DNA of 64,000 bases from an uncultured Actinomycetota bacterium (lineage in GTDB: Bacteria; Actinomycetota; Actinomycetes; CAVWCF01): positions 1 to 64,000 of the forward strand of contig CAVWCF010000005.1 in the NCBI GenBank assembly GCA_963753435.1, given 5' to 3'. This document shows, in pieces, positions 59,938 through 64,000 of this stretch. The stretch's first letter is position 1; each line of letters begins with the position of its first letter. A program made the position numbers and the translations under genes. Below the pieces are notes generated by a model. That model saw only the letters and a program-made list of their open reading frames with translations, was not told the origin of the DNA and ran no database searches.

Positions 59938-61277
59938 CGGTCCCGCGCATCCTGGTGATCGGCGGCGGCTACGTCGGCATGTACACCGCTCTGCGGCTGC
60001 AGAAGAAGCTACGTCGCGGCGAGGCCGAGGTCACCGTCGTCGACCCGCGGTCGTACATGACCTACCAACCGTTCCTGCCGGAAGCTGCTGCCGGGTCCCT
60101 GTCGCCAAGACACGTCGTCGTGCCGTTGCGGCCGCTGCTGCGCGACTGTCGGGTCGTCACCGGGTGGGTGACCGGCATCGACCACCCGAACCGGACTGCG
60201 CGGATCCAGCCGTTGGAAGGTTCCGAATACGACCTGCCCTACACGCTGCTGGTTGTGGCGGCCGGCTCCGTCGCCAGGACGCTGCCCATCCCGGGCCTGG
60301 CCGAAGCTGCCACCGGCTTCAAGACGGTGGAGGAGGCCATCCAATTGCGCAACCGCGTTCTTGAATGCCTCGACATCGCCGAGAGCACGCGGGACCCGGA
60401 CGTGCGCGGCCGCAACCTGACGTTCGTCGTGGTCGGCGGCGGGTACGCGGGGGTGGAGGCGCTGGCGGAGTTGGCCGACCTCACCCGCTACGCGACCCGC
60501 AACTACGCGTCCATCGAGCGCGAGGACCTGCGCTGGATGTTGGTCGAAGCCAGCGATCGGATCCTCCCCGAAGTCGACCCGGACATGGGTGAGTACACCC
60601 TGGAGCAACTGCGGCGGGCCGGCATCGACGTGCGCCTACGCACCCGGTTGGAGTCGGTGGTGGGCGGGCGCGTGGTGCTGTCCGACGGGGAGTCCTTCGA
60701 TGCGGACACGGTCGTGTGGACCGCCGGAGTCCGCCCCCACCCGGTGCTGGAACGGCTCGGACTGCCGCTGTCGGACTCCGGTCGCTTGGTCGTCAGCGAG
60801 ACATTGCAGGTGCCGGGTGAGCCGGATGCCTTCGGCGCCGGCGACTGCTGTGCGGTCCCGGACCTGACGGGGCCGCCGGGGGCCCTGTGTTCACCGAGCG
60901 CCCAGCATGCGGTCCGCCAGGCCGGACAACTCGCCGACAACGTGATCGCCCGCCTGCGCGGCTTCACGCCCCGGCCGTATCGGCACAAGCACGCCGGGTC
61001 GGTGGCCAGCCTGGGTCTGCACAAGGGCGTGGCCCAGGTCTACGGGGTCAAACTGCGTGGGTGGCCGGCGTGGTTCATGCACCGCACGTATCACATGAGC
61101 CGAGTGCCCACCCTCAACCGCAAGGTCCGGGTGATCGCGGAGTGGACCCTGGCACTGTTCTTCCGTCGCGAAGTCGTGTCGCTTTGGGCGATACATGAAC
61201 CGTTCGAATCCTTCAGCAGTGCTGCGCAGCAGCGCCAAGTGCCACCGGCGCCCGGCGACGAGCCCGCCGCCTCCTAG
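59934..61277 (+). CDS. ndh: type II NADH dehydrogenase-like FAD oxidoreductase
   Basis: GGGYVG and GGGYAGVE dinucleotide motifs, WTAG, AQHAVRQ. Confidence 0.88.
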   Translation: MTVPRILVIGGGYVGMYTALRLQKKLRRGEAEVTVVDPRSYMTYQPFLPEAAAGSLSPRHVVVPLRPLLRDCRVVTGWVTGIDHPNRTARIQPLEGSEYDLPYTLLVVAAGSVARTLPIPGLAEAATGFKTVEEAIQLRNRVLECLDIAESTRDPDVRGRNLTFVVVGGGYAGVEALAELADLTRYATRNYASIEREDLRWMLVEASDRILPEVDPDMGEYTLEQLRRAGIDVRLRTRLESVVGGRVVLSDGESFDADTVVWTAGVRPHPVLERLGLPLSDSGRLVVSETLQVPGEPDAFGAGDCCAVPDLTGPPGALCSPSAQHAVRQAGQLADNVIARLRGFTPRPYRHKHAGSVASLGLHKGVAQVYGVKLRGWPAWFMHRTYHMSRVPTLNRKVRVIAEWTLALFFRREVVSLWAIHEPFESFSSAAQQRQVPPAPGDEPAAS

Positions 61278-61286
61278 GGTGCGGCC

Positions 61287-61802
61287 ATGTCGTCGCATGC
61301 CATCACCGTTCTAGGACACGACCGACCGGGCATCATCGCCGATGTCACCGGCGTGCTTGCTGAGCTCGGCGGCAACCTCGAAGACTCGTCCATGACGCTG
61401 CTTCGCGGTCACTTCGCCTGGACGCTGATCGTCGACCTGGACGTGCCGGGGGCCGAGGCGGACCAGCGGCTGGCGTTTCTTCGCGACGAGGGCCTGGTGG
61501 TTTCGGTGTTGCCGTTGCCACCGGAGGAGTCCGTGCCCGATGTCGGCGTGTCCTACGTGCTCAGCGTCCATGGTGCCGACCGGCCCGGCATCGTCTCGGC
61601 CCTGACGCGCGTGATTGCCGACGCTGGTGGAAACGTCAGCGACCTGACCACCCGGCTGGCCGGCTCCCTGTACGTGGTGGTGGCCGAACTGGGCCTACCG
61701 GCCGATGCCGACGTCGATGTGGTCAACGCGCGGTTGGCCACAACCGCCGAGGGGCTCGGCGTAGGCGTCTCACTGCGACCGGCCGACGTAGACGTTCTCT
61801 GA
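61287..61802 (+). CDS. tandem ACT domain protein (GcvR-like)
   Basis: ITVLGHDRPGII and LSVHGADRPGIV. Confidence 0.88.
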   Translation: MSSHAITVLGHDRPGIIADVTGVLAELGGNLEDSSMTLLRGHFAWTLIVDLDVPGAEADQRLAFLRDEGLVVSVLPLPPEESVPDVGVSYVLSVHGADRPGIVSALTRVIADAGGNVSDLTTRLAGSLYVVVAELGLPADADVDVVNARLATTAEGLGVGVSLRPADVDVL

Positions 61803-61812
61803 GGTTCGGCGA

Positions 61813-62364
61813 GTGGACGTTCCGTCGGTGGCCGCTTGGTCCATGCCCGCCCTTCCCCAAGGGCGGGTGCTCGACGTGGTCACGGCGCCGGAACAGGTGC
61901 TTTCTGGGGCGTGCGAAGAGGTTGACCCAGCCGATCCCGCGGTGCAGCAGTTGGCCGCCGACCTGATCGCGACCATGCGGGTTTCGCCGGGCTGCGTCGG
62001 GCTGGCCGCCAACCAGGTGGGCGTGCCCTGGCGCGTCTTCAGCTTGGACGTCTCCACCCACCCCAAGACACGCATCCATCACGGCGAGTTCGTGCTGGTC
62101 AATGCGCGTATCGAATCGGCCTCACGCAACGTCCGCGGCCGGGAAGGCTGCATGTCCGTCCCGGACTTCACCGGTGACGTCAAGCGGGCTTCGCGAGTCA
62201 CGGTGCTCGGGCAATTGCCGGGGTCCGGGCAGGAAGTGCGCGTCGTCACGGACGCGTTCGAGGCGGTGGCCTTGCAGCACGAGATCGATCACACCGACGG
62301 GCTCTTGTTCTTGGACCGCGTAGCCGGTGCCCACGCGATCCACCCGCGCCAGACGTACCTCTGA
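61813..62364 (+). CDS. def: peptide deformylase
   Basis: VGLAANQVG, EGCMS, QHEIDH. Confidence 0.92.
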   Translation: MDVPSVAAWSMPALPQGRVLDVVTAPEQVLSGACEEVDPADPAVQQLAADLIATMRVSPGCVGLAANQVGVPWRVFSLDVSTHPKTRIHHGEFVLVNARIESASRNVRGREGCMSVPDFTGDVKRASRVTVLGQLPGSGQEVRVVTDAFEAVALQHEIDHTDGLLFLDRVAGAHAIHPRQTYL

Positions 62365-62391
62365 AGCCGCCATAGGGGAGCATTGCTCCCG

Positions 62392-62465
62392 GCCCCCGTA
62401 GCCCAACCGGCAGAGGCGACCGGCTTAAACCCGGTTCAGTGCAGGTTCGAGTCCTGCCGGGGGCA
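62392..62465 (+). tRNA. tRNA-Leu (TAA), short variable loop, CCA not encoded
   Basis: GCCCCCG/CGGGGGC acceptor, ACCGG-CTTAAAC-CCGGT anticodon arm, GGTTCGAGTCC. Confidence 0.92.
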
Positions 62466-62470
62466 CCGCT

Positions 62471-62497
62471 GGAATCGGCACAAAGCGGTCGATGTTG
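62471..62497 (+). promoter_or_regulatory. SigH/SigR-type ECF promoter
   Basis: GGAAT-N18-GTTG upstream of the YccA gene. Confidence 0.6.
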
Positions 62498-62550
62498 TTA
62501 CCTTTATCACCTGCTGCGACCGCGGCGGAACGTCAAGGAGGTAGTTAGGC

Positions 62551-63366
62551 ATGGAGTCCCGCAACCCGGTGCTGCGTAACGCCAACGAGCGCTACGCCCA
62601 CGACCTGCAGGCGCAGGGTGGGGCCGCCCCGATGATGACCGCCGAGCAGTTGGCTGCCCTGTACGAGCAGCCAGCCGCGGTCAAGCCCACCGAGCGGCTG
62701 TCGCTGGACGACGTCGTCGTCAAGACGGGCGGGCTCTTCGTCGTGCTGCTCGTCGGTGCGGTCGTCTCCTGGAACATCGCGCTGGACTACCCGCTGGTTT
62801 GGATCGGTGCCGCCCTCGTCGGTTTCGTCCTGGCCATGGTCAACGTCTTCAAGAAGCAGGTGAGCCCGCCGCTGATCCTGGCCTACGCCTTGGTGCAAGG
62901 CGTCTTCCTGGGCGGCATCAGCCGCTGGTACGACGTCACCTTCTCCGACGGCGGCACGTCGATCGTGTTGCAGGCAGTGATCGGCACGCTGACGGCATTC
63001 GGCGTCATGCTGGCGCTGTACGCGACCGGGGTCATCAAGGTCACCGGCCGTTTCCGCAAGATCATGATCGTGGCCCTGGTCTCCTACCTGGGCATCGCCG
63101 TCGTCAGCCTGTTCGCTTCGTTCTTCGGTGTCGGTGGCGGTTGGGGCTTCTACGGCGTGGACGGCCTCGGCCTGCTCCTGTGTGCTGCCGGTGTCCTGTT
63201 GGCGTCCTTCACGTTGGCGTTGGACTTCGATGCCATCTCGCAGTCGGTGAAGTTGGGCGCGCCGGAGCGGGAGTCCTGGCGGCTGGCCTTCGGCCTGATG
63301 GTCACGCTGATCTGGCTGTACCTGGAGATCCTGCGCTTCCTGGCCATCATGAACAGCAACAACTGA
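62551..63366 (+). CDS. Bax inhibitor-1/YccA family membrane protein
   Basis: AAGGAGG RBS; SRNPV, LDDVVVKT, LDFD, AFGLMVTLIWLYLEILR. Confidence 0.92.
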   Translation: MESRNPVLRNANERYAHDLQAQGGAAPMMTAEQLAALYEQPAAVKPTERLSLDDVVVKTGGLFVVLLVGAVVSWNIALDYPLVWIGAALVGFVLAMVNVFKKQVSPPLILAYALVQGVFLGGISRWYDVTFSDGGTSIVLQAVIGTLTAFGVMLALYATGVIKVTGRFRKIMIVALVSYLGIAVVSLFASFFGVGGGWGFYGVDGLGLLLCAAGVLLASFTLALDFDAISQSVKLGAPERESWRLAFGLMVTLIWLYLEILRFLAIMNSNN

Positions 63367-63450
63367 CCCGTTAAGAACCCACCAGGCCGGTCAGCCCGCA
63401 GGTATTGGGCGACCGGGTGGTTGACGGTGAATGCTGTCTGACCGGTGCGG

Positions 63451-63678
63451 TCAGCGGGCGCGGCGGGCGGCCCGCTGCAGGTCGTACTCGTGCACGATCG
63501 CGGTTGCGTAGCCGTGCGGGAGCTCGTGCTCGTCCTGTAGCCAATGGACGCGTTCCTCAAAGCGCATCAGCGCCGGCCCGTCCTCCAAGGTGCTGAACCA
63601 CTCGCCTACTTCTCGCCCGGTCGCCTGCGGCAGCCGGGCCACGAGATTCGCGTGGGTCTCCTCGGAGTGATTGAGCAT
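63451..63678 (-). CDS. DUF4287 family protein
   Basis: GGGAGG RBS; SEETHANLVARLP.ATGR...W...HGYATAIVHEYD. Confidence 0.85.
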   Translation of the reverse strand: MLNHSEETHANLVARLPQATGREVGEWFSTLEDGPALMRFEERVHWLQDEHELPHGYATAIVHEYDLQRAARRAR

Positions 63679-63761
63679 CGGGGCCTCCCGTCGTGGGTCT
63701 GTCGGAAGTCTCACCCGCGCGGGCGCCGTCGGCAAGGGCTTTGTGGTTCTACCGTGCGCTG

Positions 63762-64000
63762 GTGCAGACACCACCGGACCAGACCGCGGCAGCGCGCCAG
63801 GCCCTGGAGATCGAGACCAGGCGGGTTGCCGACCGGTTGCGGGCGCTGGGGGAGGCGCGAATCGGCCCACATCTGGAGATTCTGCGGGTCACGGCGCAGA
63901 CCTTGATCGACTGCGCAATGGCGTGCGAGCAGGACGGGCCCGCGCCAACGCGGCCCCAGTCCGGTCGGACCGTGCCGCCAGTGGACACCCGCGCCTGGGC
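63762..64000 (+). CDS. hypothetical protein (3' truncated by window)
   Basis: Open frame after TACCGT -10: ...ARQALEIETRRVADRLRALGEAR...RTVPPVDTRAW; start uncertain. Confidence 0.55.
   Translation, partial: MQTPPDQTAAARQALEIETRRVADRLRALGEARIGPHLEILRVTAQTLIDCAMACEQDGPAPTRPQSGRTVPPVDTRAW

Noticed and set aside
62392-62465. bldA-style developmental control via TTA codons
   Set aside because: In-frame TTA codons occur in ordinary genes here (narJ, rsmI twice, glpR), unlike the Streptomyces situation.

Overview
High-GC (~69% by eye) actinobacterial chromosomal segment, probably from a long-read assembly because single-base indels split narG, narH, an aldo/keto reductase and the essential glmU. 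The left ~23 kb is semi-accessory: the 3' end of a narGHJI respiratory nitrate reductase operon, an M28 aminopeptidase, an MMPL transporter, a NERD nuclease-helicase, a SAM-IV riboswitch driving an uncharacterised Cys/His-motif protein, a DUF1524 nuclease lipoprotein, an ABC-F ATPase, a sortase-anchored DUF11 surface protein and several oxidoreductases. The rest is conserved actinobacterial core synteny: mscL-fmdB(CIRCE)-fluc-fluc-penicillin acylase-5-FTHF cyclo-ligase-galU-glp(moeA)-rimJ-glpR-tRNA-Ala; pmt-rsmI-metG-tatD-rpfB-rsmA-ispE; tamR-tetR-desaturase-tRNA-Gln-glmU-prs-rplY-pth-mfd-mazG-eno-ftsB-DUF501-ppx; udgB-ndh-ACT-def-tRNA-Leu(UAA)-yccA. No CRISPR array, integrase or transposase was seen. 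The most notable observations are (1) a complete SAM-IV riboswitch controlling a gene of unknown function, (2) a MoeA/Glp homologue that appears to have lost essentially all catalytic motifs while staying in the glp-glpR divisome locus, and (3) a surface protein with an unrecognised head domain and a Trp-rich C-terminal module behind a sigma28/WhiG-like promoter.
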